A stretch of 63,560 bases of DNA, the filler included, from Bipalium vagum (taxonomy: Eukaryota), in assembly GCA_037834085.1 (NCBI GenBank). It is 3 parts of 3 records of this genome, joined end to end, with 100 filler letters (N's around TTAATTAATTAA, not from the genome) between each part and the next. Parts side by side here need not be neighbours in the genome. Positions count along the whole stretch, not along the records: positions 21,588 to 42,956 come from JBBMKC010238443.1; 2 more parts are not named here. One strand, 5' to 3'. The notes beneath the pieces are model-generated. The model had not been told where the DNA came from and ran no database searches. It saw only the letters and a list, made by a program, of their open reading frames with translations. Positions 25,734 through 38,874 of the stretch are shown here, piece by piece. The translations under genes were made by a program, and so were the position numbers. Every line of letters starts with the position of its first letter. The first letter of the stretch is position 1.

Positions 25734-26899
25734 CTGTAAATTATAACAAATTAATTAAATCAAAATTTCAATATTATTAATTTCATTTAAAATTTTGAAT
25801 ATTTTTGGTTTTGTTGAAATTAATTTGCTAAGAATAAGACTTGTTTATTTTTTTTAAACAAATTTAAAATATTTAAAACTTTGCATCATTTAATGAAGTA
25901 TAATTTATAAAACCTCTATTAACATTTTATTCATATTTATTTAATAAAGTTAAAAAATGAAAAATTTGACAAAAAAAAATTTATTTAATGATGTAAAAAA
26001 TGAATTGACTGAATTTCATTTCTTGAAACATTTGTTTAATATTTAATTTACAAAATAATTGAATTTTTATTTTCTCATTTATTTTTTTTATTTAAATTTT
26101 ATTTTCAATTTAACTTATTTTCTCATAAATTTCATCTCACATTGCTCTAGAACAGTGACAAAGATGAACATGTTTTGTAGAAAAAGAACTTTTTTCAAAT
26201 GAATTATACTTAGTTTAACTTTCTTTATTCGCGTGATATAAATATAGATTACAAGATACACGAATAGTTCATCTAATATCTATTTTCCTTTATTGAGACA
26301 CTACACCAGCAAATAATAATGTTTAGTTTGTATTGAACTAGTGACTATATACTGGTGGATAGATAATTAGACCGACCTTGTGGAACTTCCATTCAAAACT
26401 GATCTACGCCTTGGAATTGACGTGTCCAAGGAATAAACGTCCCGGATATCACAGATCGTATCTCGAACTGTCGTGTCTTTTTGTGAGATATCAGAATGTT
26501 CAACATTCTTCATCAATTTCAGATCTCTTTAGTAATTTAAATGGCTTATCATAAGTTAGGTCCACAGCGAAAGTTTTATGAATTACTATGACTCTGATAC
26601 CTCCCTCGATCGTTTCTCACATCACTACAAATGCAAACTAAATTACTTTAACTATTAAAAAACTGCTTAAACACTAATTTTCACACTAACTTCTTATTTA
26701 CTAATCCATATTTTAATTGTGAGACATTGATTTCTTTCATACTAAGCTTAAACATTTCATGTAACCATTAAAAGAAATATCTTTTACCAATTTTTAATAT
26801 TTCGTAAATTAATTTATTAATCGTACGATAAAATTTTTATTAAATTGTTTTAGACATTGAAAATTATTTTTCGTCAAAAGGAGTGTTTAGATAAACTAT

Positions 26900-27520
26900 T
26901 TTTTATCCTTCGAAATAATGTTTTACCTTATGATGACCCATCGTCAAGGATGAAGAAAGGCCTAAGAACCCATTTAAGCGTTTCAAAGAAGGTGGTTTTA
27001 TTTTAAAAGACCATTCTCATTGTAGTCAGCCATCAATATTGATAAATGAGAATTTGATGACAATATTTGATAAAGTTTTGTGTTGATTTAGGAAAAGAAT
27101 GCATCACTTTTACTTTATGCACAAGAAATCTAGACAAGATCCAGAACTTACTAATACTGAGAGAAACAAGCACGTCAAAAATGTACTATGACATCCGATA
27201 AGAATTTGGTCTATCTATTCAATCAAGATAGACTGGAGCAATGTGTTCTGATTGGCTACTTTCCACTAGATTAGGCGAGAAAGTTATGATTTGCGTCTGG
27301 TTGAATTTTGAATGTATCTTACAATTTGAAATTTTTCCACGTGGGAAAACCATAAACGCCGTGCTTTACTATCGGAACCTGAAGATAAAACACCCAGATT
27401 TGATTAGTCAAAAGCATAAACCATTATAACAGAGCAACCACAAGTTACATAGACCAGATGCTGCTCCGTCTAATTACGACTTCTTTCGTTCAATGGAAAT
27501 TTTTTTAAATAGGTCGAAGT
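26900..27520 (+). mobile_element. degenerate mariner remnant
   Basis: KVMICVWLNFECILQFEIFPRGKTINAVLY and YRPDAAPSNYDFFRSM (YSPDLAPSDY-like); many lesions. Confidence 0.75.
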
Positions 27521-27549
27521 TTTTAGTTGTTTGATTCATTCAATTGCTT

Positions 27550-28190
27550 ACACGTATAGGAACAAGTGAAGGGGTCAGTAACGTTTCGAGCTAAGATTAC
27601 GACAGGGTTCATAGTGAAATAATATCGTAACAAAATGATCATAGTGAAACTTTATCAAAACGCAAAAATTACACAAAAATCTTAATTAGTCAAATAGTGA
27701 AATGTCTAGAAATCACGAAATCAACTGATACAATGTCAACAAAAATATAAAAATAAGTCAAATGATCACAAAATGAATAAAACAAATTATAATATTAACG
27801 ATAAAGTAGTTTATGATTTTAAATTTCACAAGAATGTAAAAGAGATAATAATTAAAAATCACAAAAAGAAAATAAAAGGAAATCTATAATAACCTCACCA
27901 GAAGCAACAAGGGATCTCCGGGTCGTCCTCTATGTCCTTTTCAGGTTACCTAGGGATTCCAAAAATCGCTGGGTTCCCTTGGTAAATCCGTTGGCATTGT
28001 CATCATAATGGAAAAAATTGAAATCAAATTACTGGAGCAAATAATTCTGGGTGGCTTTCTGGGAATAGCCATTTCTTTATATAGTCTTACATATCTGTCT
28101 ATGATTACCAATCCCTAAACTTTGAGACGGCTATTTCCCCTAATAGCAATTAATTCTAATTTTATCGCCTTGCCGAGATAAAGTTAGTCA
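27550..28190. repeat. unclassified interspersed repeat, copy 1 (related to 33870-34310)
   Basis: Shares ordered blocks with 33870-34310: ctcac..caa.ggg, cctaggg.ttcc, accaatc.cta..ttt, aatagc(c)aattaattctaa..tttat. Boundaries approximate. Confidence 0.5.
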
Positions 28191-30439
28191 AATTTTAATT
28201 AAAAATATAATTTATTGTCCTCACAACGGGAAATATTTTTTATATTAAAATTTAATTAATTCAAATTTAAATCAAAATCTCGACGACGATTTTTTATATT
28301 ATTATAAAGTCTTTCTCTTTTAAAAGTTGTAAAGTTTTATCATATTTTATTTCGTTTTCAATTGATTTATTTCATGATGTAATAGTGTTAAATTTTCTGC
28401 TTTTGAAATCGATCACTTTATATTAATTTGAATATTTTTGTTTTTATATTAAGTATAGAATTAAATTTATAACTGTAAATTCATAATTAAAATTTTGATC
28501 AAATATTAATGGATATTGTAATTTGAAAATACTATCTGATTTTTTTAGTTTTGATTATGTGATGCCGATATTTTTATTTTATTGATATTTCAGTTTGATA
28601 AATTAAAAATTCTAATTAGTTTTAATTTTTTCATTGTGATTTTTCACCAAAGAATTTTATTGATTTTTTATTTATTAAATATCTAAGTATTGAGTAAGTG
28701 AACGAGATTAACATGTTACCCAGACATGAGAGAGGTTACAGGTTTTTAAAAACATTTTGGCTGTTGGATTTCTTAATTAATTTACTTACTATTTAATAAA
28801 TTATCGAAAAACAATTTTAAAATGAGTTCAGAATAAAACAGAATATTAATAATTATATTATGCAATAAAAAATTCATTTACTCATTACTAAAATAAAATA
28901 ATAAATAAAAAAAATTAAAAATATTTGAATTAAATTTTAAGAATTTTATGAATTTATTTAATTTTAATATAAATAAAACCTATTTGTTTTAACCAATTTG
29001 TATAAACATAAAAATATTATTTTTGTTATATCTAAAATGGCATTTTGTGAAAATATTCCACTGAAATTTCATACATTTCTATTTCCATATGATTATTTAT
29101 CGAAAACAATACTGAATATAAAGAAATAAAGGCAATTATTTATTTATTGAAATTTATTTTTTAAATGTCATTTTTATTTATTTTCATTGGTTAATAATTA
29201 TTTAAACAAGATGATCATTTTTCAGATACTGTAATTTTAATTATTACAATTTCTGTAGGGTTTCTTGTTGCACGATATATGTTTAATAATTTCACAAATT
29301 ATTCTAGTCTCAATTTTGAGATTACTTACATATTTATATAATAATTGTCATATTGCCATTCATTCTCAGAAAACGGAGAAATAATTATTACGATAATATA
29401 AATAAAATGTGTATCGGGTTTTCATATTTTACCTTTTCTTCCAATAATATAGAATTTTGGGTTAATTATTAGTTAATTTATTGGTAATATTGATTTAATT
29501 GTTGAAGATCAACCCCCAATTAACCTCTGTCTTCAAAATTATATGGTTATTTTCTGAGATTATTTTCATTTTTAACAGGTTATCCTCCCTTAATATATGC
29601 GAGAGTATTTTTCTATATTTTGATTTTCAAGAATTTTTAAAATAAATTATCCTTTTCTCTTTCTCTGGATTACAGATTTTTCTCTTTATAGATTTATTAA
29701 TTAATATCTTTTTCACTTTTTTCTTAAAACTCTTTATTCTTAGGTATAGAGCTCATTCTTTTATCATCGTTGTTAGTTGTATCTGACTATATGTATGGTT
29801 CTTGCGAAAAAAATCACAGAAATTTAGTTAAATGCAAATTTCTAATATTTTTACCTAAAAATATCAATAAGTGAAGGTCATTACAGATTTTGTTTAAAAT
29901 ATTAAAAAATTTAAATTTGATTTATTTTTATGCGTACGCAGTTTTTGAAATATAGGTCAGATGACTAAGCAAAAAACTCACATTGTTTTCTTTGGTTTAT
30001 CTCCAAACGGAATCTGACTATCAAACGCAGAAAAATTGTAAAATTAAATAGTTTTAATGATAATCAATATTTCGGTTGATTTGTAACAGTTATGTGGACT
30101 ATTTATAAAAGGGAACCTTGATAAGCAACTTAAGCAATGGGAGAATAATCAAAAGTATTCAATAAAGTTTTTCTAATTGCTTTTCTGAGTGTACAAGATT
30201 TTGTATATTTTTTTTTAACTCAAAGTACAAGAAAATATTTCAATGACAGCACGGACTGTTTTACACAGAAATACATCATTGTCAATATATTTTGCCTATT
30301 TATAAAAATATATTTGATTTTTAAGTTTTTTTTATGGTGCTTTGATCATTATTTATCGATTTTCTGTGTTGTCTATTTATAGTAATAACAGCTATATATA
30401 CATATTTGCAATGCATTAATTGTTACTTTATTTACTAAT

Positions 30440-31470
30440 TCAAAATGTAACAACTGAAGGTAGAACTTTTCTAATTAGAATATCGTACCGCAAATAACAG
30501 TAACGTTAGTACAGCGGAAATGTAAAAAATGCTGCACCATCAACATAAAAAATCATAAGTAACATTTAGCAAAAATTTCTGAGAAAGATCTTTTTTAGAT
30601 TCTCTTAGGTCAGAGCGTTTAATGAAAAACTTTTCTGGTGATAATTCACAGACCTTATGTTATTCTGGAAATATTCATTAACGAATTTTCGGATATCCTG
30701 AAAGAAGATGACATTTTTCCTTACCGCTTTCATATGAGGCAGACGAGTAAGTGAGGAGGAAAATTCGACTGGAATGATGATGTCAAAAGAATTCTTGATC
30801 CAGATGTCATGAAAACGTTTGCTGGCCAGACAAAGCACTTTCCCATGTCTCTGGTTGAGTAAATCGTATGGTCTCACCGGAATCCTGTAAAAACAGTACC
30901 AACACACAATCAAATACATATTACAGGAACATTGTTTGAGTACTCATGTGTTCTAAAAAATTAATTGATCCATATTTTTGACCTGGACCCTATGAAATCA
31001 GAAAATTACTTATGCTGAAAAATTATTTTGAGCAAAATTTTAAAAAACAAATGCTGAGGAGATCATACTTTCAACAAGACAGTGCATCTGCACATTTGAG
31101 TATAATAATGGATACATTTTTTGATAATATATTTCATCAAAGATGGATTGAACATGAATGTTGGGTTCGCTTTAAACATAATATCTCATCGAACACTATC
31201 ATTTGGGTTATCTAAAGAACAAGTTTCATCTTCGTTCTATATCCAATATTGACGAATAAAATCAGAGACTTGTGGAGGCCTGTCATAAAATAAATGAATC
31301 AGCTGAAGTTCGCGTTTCATGTTATATATACATAATAATGAGCACCATTTTGAACACCTTCTAACATTGTACCCTTTCGTATATAGAAAATTTTGATAAT
31401 AAAAGATTGTCAGCTTTTAACTCACATTTATAACAGGTTATAAAAATAGAGTGACATATGGAACACCATG
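30440..31470 (+). mobile_element. DD41D-like transposase remnant
   Basis: YFQQDSASAHL...FHQRWI motif, followed by IWGYLKNK-like and HFEHLL* C-terminus; frameshifted. Confidence 0.7.
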
Positions 31471-33099
31471 TGCATTGGTGTAAAGACTTAAAAATAATGT
31501 ACTTCTCATCTTTTATTTATTTTACTAAGACATAAACAGACATAATTACTCAAAATAATACTTTATATATATTAATAATAATTTTATTTTTTATTAAACC
31601 CGAATTGGAATTCAAGAAAATTCCGTTAACGCAAACGTTTCATGTGGGACTCACTAGAATCCATGGTAGCCTGTCTCCCTTACTTACAGTTCCGAGAAGC
31701 TCAGACACCTGAAATTAAATGGATTCCATATTAACGAACATAATAATTAAAGCAATGTACAATATTAACAAATGAATTCTTTGACAAAGGTCTGTGAGAA
31801 GATATCGTAGTCTAATTTCCTTAAAATTTGGCACATGGCTGCAAGTGACAAGAATCCTTACAATTTCGTTATAATATCTTCATCGACTGCTTCAGTGCAT
31901 TATCAGTCCTTCTTCTTCCTTGTATACTGCCTACTACCTGTCATAACAAATCAATTTTGAAAATTGTCTTTCATGGATTTATTAAAAATATTTTTTACGA
32001 AACTGAATAATGTAATCTCAATTTTTGTATTGGGTGAACACAAAAAAAAGTTTTTTACGTTTACCTATGTTTTACGTATTAAATCTATGTTTTACGGATT
32101 AAATCCTTAATATTTCACATACCCGATTGTCAGATATGAAATTTGTAAAATGAAATTCCAAGTTTGAATGGTTCATCTTTGTCAAACAAGTGTGCTGAAT
32201 GATTGAGATTGTCATATCTGATCGATATTTTGTCCCAAATGACAATTCGATTTAAAATTTGAACATGTTTATGAGTTTTATTATGGAAAACCATTTATCC
32301 TACTTTTTTATCTTTCCTATTTGACCTAAATGATTTTATGTTGTTTGTTTGCTGAAACAAAAGTTCACTGACAATTCTCAGATATTCTAACATCGGTTGA
32401 CATCAACGGGATGATATTCATTTCGACATTAAGAACCTATGATTCTGGGTGACCACGTGGGTCATTTCTGAGGTAACAATTAACTTTACGAAATTTGCCG
32501 AACCAATTTGATATTGTCTACTGTGTAATAACTGCATTTAAAAAATTATTCTGATGATCTGCGATGCCGTTGTGCAGTGTAAAAACTTATTCATAATGAT
32601 TTCTGATAAATCCATTTTAAATAAAATTGATTAACTAAATCAATTGATTATTATTTATTCAGTTTACAAAGCTTATTCTAAACTATAGAAATATGTAAAT
32701 GACCAACATTAAAAACTGAATGGTAAAATATTAAGCCATCCATTAATGTTGGCAATATTATTAACTCCAAATTTCATGCTTGACAACCCAATATATATAT
32801 TTATTTATTTATTTAAAGTTTCATTTTCACTTGTTTTAATGCATAATTTTAATATTATTTTTAAGCCCAATCTTTGTAAATATTTAAATTACTTAACGTT
32901 GAGGCATAAAGTAAATTTTCCATTGATTTACTTTTACGAATTCAGATTCAACTCGAAACAATGTACTAAGAATGTATGTTTATAGTACACGGACAAATAC
33001 AAATAAAGTTTATTAATATTTACCACAGTCACCTTCAATGTCGTATGTTACCATTTAAATGATCTAATTTCTGACTACCATTTTATTGAGTTACATTCT

Positions 33100-33800
33100 T
33101 TAGCATAAATTTTAGCAGATATGATTCAAGTTCTTCTTTAGTGTTCTTCTAAGTGAAGGATCACCTATCTATCAATCAGGTTCGTATTAGATGAATATTA
33201 TTGTTTTACCAACAATAACTCGTACTGTTCATAGAAGTTCTTGTTAATAACAGATATTGAGACAAGCTTAATCATATATGGTCTTTAATCTTCCAAGTTT
33301 GATCATTAATTAAAGACAATAATATAAGCATTCTTCTCTGAAATGGTTGTTCTGGATAATTTTAATCGACTATCATCATAACCAAACACGTAGTTTTTCC
33401 TGGAAGGTAAGTGATCAATAGAAATTGTTTTCCAATAACACTAATAGGTTTGTTTAATATCTTGAAAAATATATCCCCATCTCTTATCTTTTGTTCTGCT
33501 GTTAGTATATAACGAACTTATCCTTTATAAATTCTTTGAAAACCATCCTGTAAACCGTACGACTAAGATAATTTTTTGTTCAAAACTTTTGACTGTATGC
33601 GAATTTTTTTAAGAGACTTTATACATACGTAGATATCCTTTAAAAGTTCTAACTTTGTTATGCGTTGACCAAGATGTTTTAACTATCATTGCCAGCTGCC
33701 ATCATTGTTGACGACCTGCATCACTTTCGATGGTCCCATCTCCACTCCTAAATGTTTTGAACCAGTTTGTTACTCTGTACCCATCCGAATGGTTAACTGT
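33100..33800 (-). mobile_element. degenerate mariner/Tc1 remnant
   Basis: Minus-strand GRQQ linker, DGDIFF-like C-terminus and a degenerate SPDL-type motif; heavily decayed. Confidence 0.4.
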
Positions 33801-33869
33801 GTTACTTTAACACTCGAAAGTAACATTGTGATTTAAAACCCTGGCTGATCACTTAGTTATTCTCGTGTT

Positions 33870-34310
33870 TGTGGATCAAAATAACCTCAATACGTCTTAC
33901 TCTCAAAAACCCTCAATGAATCAAAATAATCGCAATAAACTTTATTCTATTACAAACTACAACCAAGAAAATCGATCATAAGGTCAAATCAATATCAGAT
34001 AGTACACGAAAAATCAGATCGATATAATATTAATCATTTTCAAAACGTACAAAACCCAAAATTCAAATTAATAATATAATGTTATCAATTAATACTTAAA
34101 ATAAAACAATTAATTAAAGAAAAAGAACATAGAATAATATCGTTCTCACAGGAGCGGACAACGGGTTTTCGAGTCTTCAACTAGGTCAGCGTACGGTCGC
34201 CTAGGGGTTCCCTAACAACGACCACCAATCTCTACTTTTGGAAGGCTCTTTTTTCCAATAGCCAATTAATTCTAAGATTTATTTGATAATATGTTAATGG
34301 CGAGATATAA
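33870..34310. repeat. unclassified interspersed repeat, copy 2
   Basis: Colinear similarity with 27550-28190, internally shorter. Confidence 0.5.
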
Positions 34311-34438
34311 TTATTTTTTTATTATAAAATTATTATTAATAATTAATCATTATATCCACGAATAGATAATATTATTTATATTTTATAATATTATTTATTT
34401 TTTGTAAAAGTACATTTTTTAATTAATTTTTATTATTA

Positions 34439-34473
<35 letters not shown>

Positions 34474-35907
34474 AACCCTTAGTAGTCTCTAGGTCTACGG
34501 TTCGTGCTTTTGGCGAACCCAACAATTGATTTTAAGAGTGGTTTCAGCAGCATTATTGTCCAATTTGAACTCGCACAGTGCAATTTCTTGTAGTTGGAAT
34601 TTTTTCTAAAAATAATATAAATTAGAACTAAGTAATAATAGTAAAGAGTCTATGGTAGTCTAAAACAATTTTCGCACTCTAAAATTTTTAATAAAATGAT
34701 ACGTTCAAACAAATATATTTTCAAAAAATCTATAGTCTGAATATATAAATTATTTTCTTACCGATGAAATATTTTCTTAAAATAAGTTTATCTCATTTGA
34801 AAATTTTAAATATTGTTGACACTTTTGCATCCAGACCCGTGCCGATATCTTAAGCTGGCCTCACTTCTCTTTCTTTTCAGAAATAAATGGTCTAAAGAAT
34901 TTATTTTTCATTTTTCTTATTATTATATTGTAATGTTATGATTTTTGTCATTTTTCCTGGTGAGATAAAAAAATCTAGGTGAAACCAATCCAAGTAATGA
35001 GAATGAAATGCACTTCCAAAAAAATAATTGAAATATTTTTCTCAATTTTCTGAAAGAATTTTTGATACAAATTAAAACAAAAATAATATTTATTACACAG
35101 GACTTCGTTTTTCAAAACAAAAGGATAAAAGCACGAGGCTAAAATGGCCCATGCTCCTTCGACATGCATCATTTGCGCTTCATTTTCCAGTTTTCCAGGA
35201 AAAGTTATCTGGAGAAAATGGTAATGTTTTCTGCTGCGGCTCAGATTAGGGATAGGGTTTAATAGAAAACGCTGGAAGTATAATTAAGGAAACGATACAA
35301 TTCCTCTTTGGAAATCTGCTCACTAATTAATAAGCATTATTTTCTACATGAGAAACGTTTTCTTCATTGAGATTCATGCAGGAATTTCCTAGGTATTCTC
35401 CAAATGAAGAAATGCCAAACGTTGTGATCAACGCTAAATATCGTTTCTCTTTCGTTTGACTAATGATTTATTTCCATTTTCAACCGGTACATAAATATCT
35501 TTGTGGTATTAATGAGAAAATATTTATTTATTCATTTATTAAATTATTTTATTTAATTAATGATGATAATTATATTTTCATGCAGACTTTGTCAGGGGAT
35601 CATTCCTGGAACATTCTCTATCAGTTAATGCTCGGTACATAGTGGTGAGGACTTTGTCAACCCTGGCATCCCTGTTCGAAGGAAATTTATTAGATCTTTG
35701 TTGTTGTTACCCATTTTACCATTTCAAAATGAATTACTCTATGTTATCTTCTTCTTACAGGCTTAGAACCTTCTTGCTGAAGATATTTACTGGTATTTGA
35801 TCTAAGGATGAAAATCAATTTTTTAAGATCTGTTAACTCTTTCATTATACTTCAAGAACGATTCAATTTTATCGGAAATCAGTGATGAATTTAAATTGAA
35901 CAATGTA

Positions 35908-36650
35908 CACGGTGTTTCAAAAGACGTTTTACTACTTTGAATCCAGCTTGTCGCGAAGAATGCACGACCATTTACTATATTTAAAAATCATTAAGATTGG
36001 CTTAGGGCATCACCTTAAAGAATTAGACCATCAAAGTTGCTGAAATTATTGCAATTGATTGTTCGACAGATCTGTTTAGGATCCTGATTTTTGGAAAAAA
36101 ATCATTAAGACTGATGAAGCTTACTTTTACTTGAGTCAAGTGGTAATTATCAGAAAAGTAACTGTGTGGTAAGGATTATGAACAAGAGACGTAATTGTTT
36201 CATACTTTTTAGAAATTGTTGCAGGTAAGACAGGTAAGGTGAATGGAGAGCGATTTCGACACATAATCGAAACATTCTTGCAACAAAATCTGACTGATTT
36301 TAGTGTTGAGAATATCTGCTTTCCTCAAGAAGGCGCTACACCCCATACAAATGACAAAGCAATTTCATTATTGTAAGGAAATTTTTCATCTTGTTTAATC
36401 TATCGTTTTGGCGATTTTGATTGGCCTCCGAGATCTCCAAATTTTACGGCTCCTGGTCACATCTCATGGGGTTATCTTAAAGATAAAGTTTATGCGAATC
36501 ACTTAACACCAATTACACAACTGAAACATAAAATTTCTGTACAAATTCAACGGAATTATGAGAAAATATTATGCAAAATGCCATAGAAAGAGCGCAATGT
36601 TGAGAGGCTGTCAGGGAAGATCATTTCAATGACATCATATTAACATTTCT
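35908..36650 (+). mobile_element. DD41D (rosa/Visitor)-like transposon remnant
   Basis: ta|CACGGTGTTTCAAAA terminus; TDEAYFYL, EGATPHT, DWPPRSPNFTAP and WGYLKDKVYAN motifs. Confidence 0.8.
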
Positions 36651-37249
36651 GTAATCTCCACTTACATAAGAAACAAATTACTTGGCTTTCTGATTTCTTT
36701 GTACATTGCAAGGACAAATGAAAGTAATAAAGCTTCTTTTAATTGGCTACCATTCAGGGGGCGTCCAACCAACAATTCTGGATACTTTCAATCAGTTGTA
36801 TTTGCCGTTGAACATTTGACCAGCTATCTCTACGAATCATTGCCATTTTATCTGTGGTCAACTTTTTCGGTCTTCTTCAGTCAACTGACGATGGGCATAA
36901 TTTTCCAATGCATTCTCTAAACTAGACCTTGTTTGATCATTCAAAAGTGTCAGTCCTCCGGAACCAATCAAATCAATTTCTTGATTGACCATTTCTGCTG
37001 ATATTTCCATATTTTTTATTTAGGCTTTTTTGTTAGAGTGACCCCCGAATGATCAGCAATCATTTGTTGAGAATATTTTTATTTTCTCTTTCAAACTTTT
37101 TAAAAGAATTTCTGGATTTTATTGATTTAAACAATTATTGGAAGATTTCTTAAAGGCACTCATTATAACACCCTATAAGTAAAAAATGGGACTTTTCTTT
37201 AATGTTACATAAAGAATGAACAAATCAAGATATTAGATAAAGATGAAAA

Positions 37250-37690
37250 GATTTGAAGTCGTCTTAAATCCTGTATTTATAAAAAAGCTTTTAAAAAAAT
37301 GTTGACCCCAGACTTGGTTATGTAGTCCAGTTTATGGTGAACCTCCGACGCCCTCTCTTTTATATATGTTAAATCCTTTTTTTAAAACAATAATATATTC
37401 TTCGTTTAAGTTTTTGAGAATTTTCGGGACTTCAGTTCTTATTGTACACAGCTCACTTCAAATCTCTTCACAAATCTTCAATTGGCCACGCTTCAGGACA
37501 TTTATTAGCGTTTTCAACAAAATTCAAGTTTTCATTTCTTAAGTACTTCAGTACCTTTTTGCGTATTTAGATGACACTAGATCAGACCAAGATACGTAAT
37601 TTAGTATTTCTTGATGAATGGCATCTCTTGGTTAATTGTCTGCTTTACCGAAACAAAAAATGGCTGGAATAAAAAACAGATGAAAAACAT
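37250..37690 (-). mobile_element. ITmD37E-type transposase remnant
   Basis: SWSDLVSSKYAKKVLKYL...NKCPEAWPIEDL*RDLK*AVYNKN matches the FWPDLASxHY / NCPELRPIE signature of DD37E elements. Confidence 0.7.
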
Positions 37691-38479
37691 ATCCATACCA
37701 ATTTTTATTGAAACAGGTTTGCCTTCGACATTTTCTTATTTCTTGAATCTTAATTTCATGGTTTCTTGTAAGAATTTAAACTTCGTATAATCATAGTATT
37801 TTATCATAGTGAACCAATGATCTCCATATTCCAGTTTTATCAAAACCGAGGAAATAACCTCGTTGTCTTTCAATTTTGTATGGAAATATATTTTATTAAA
37901 ATCTTTGTCTATTTTTAGAAACGACATAAAGTTAGGTTTTGTTTAAAAGAATAAATGATAAAAAATATTTAAAATTCAGATATGAATATCGATTTTAAAA
38001 TTGATTTTATTCGATGTTATTATGAAAGTGGAAACCCCTTTAAAGCTGCACTTTTGAAAATCAAATTTTAAAGTGATTAATTAAGGACCCATGTGCTTGT
38101 TCTACATTATCTGCATTATTCTGATGCAACCGGTAAATGATCGTTCATTCTAAGAATGTATCTGGTAAATAAAACTAATAATAAAATAATATTTCTCATT
38201 ATTAATTATTATATTTAATTAACAAAAGTATAATAGAGAAATAATAAATTTCTCCTTTTACCAGTTCTAATAAATTTTCAGAACCCTACAAAGCCAAAAA
38301 TGTTTCAATAAAAGATAGAGAATATTTTGATAATATTTCCAACCTTCTTGAAAATATAAATTAATAATAATTGTGACATGATAAAAGTAATTAATTTTGA
38401 TTAAGTTGTTACATTGGATTAGCAATTTAATTATTGTTTGGAAGACCACGAAGTCCTTCTTTCAGGTTCGGTGAGCGAT

Positions 38480-38584
38480 TATCCAATAAGCAGGCAGCTT
38501 TCCACCACTAACGGGATAGCCAATCAGAGCGCTGGAATTTGATATTTATTCCCGAGCCTTTCGGGACCGTTCATTCGTACCACG
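38480..38584 (+). promoter_or_regulatory. proximal promoter/5'UTR of the neuropeptide gene with two CCAAT boxes
   Basis: GC-elevated segment with ccaat near 38484 and agccaatcag near 38517, just upstream of ATG 38585. Confidence 0.35.
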
Positions 38585-38874
38585 ATGAAGCTTCTTTTCA
38601 TTACCATAGCGATTTTCGTTGTTTTCTGGATTCCCCAATCCAGCTCCATGGGGATCAAGGATGAAGATATGGACTTTGCCAATTTTGAGAAAAGGTCGGG
38701 CAACCGTTATCTCAGCAGATTCTGGAAGAGAGATCCGGCCTACCGATCGTTCTGGAAGAGAGGTCAATGAGACGACAATAATTTTTGAATTATATTGTTG
38801 ATGCAACGTCTTTGATTTATATAATTATTTTCATTATATTTTGGTATTAATTGATTTCAGGACGTTGGTCGTAA
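38585..38874 (+). CDS. neuropeptide/prohormone precursor with FW-ending peptides
   Basis: Signal peptide MKLLFITIAIFVVFWIPQSSS, acidic spacer, then KR-SGNRYLSRFW-KR-DPAYRSFW-KR. A likely intron 38763-38860 (gtcaat..tttcag) gives terminal GRWS*; unspliced it ends GQ* at 38770. Confidence 0.85.
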
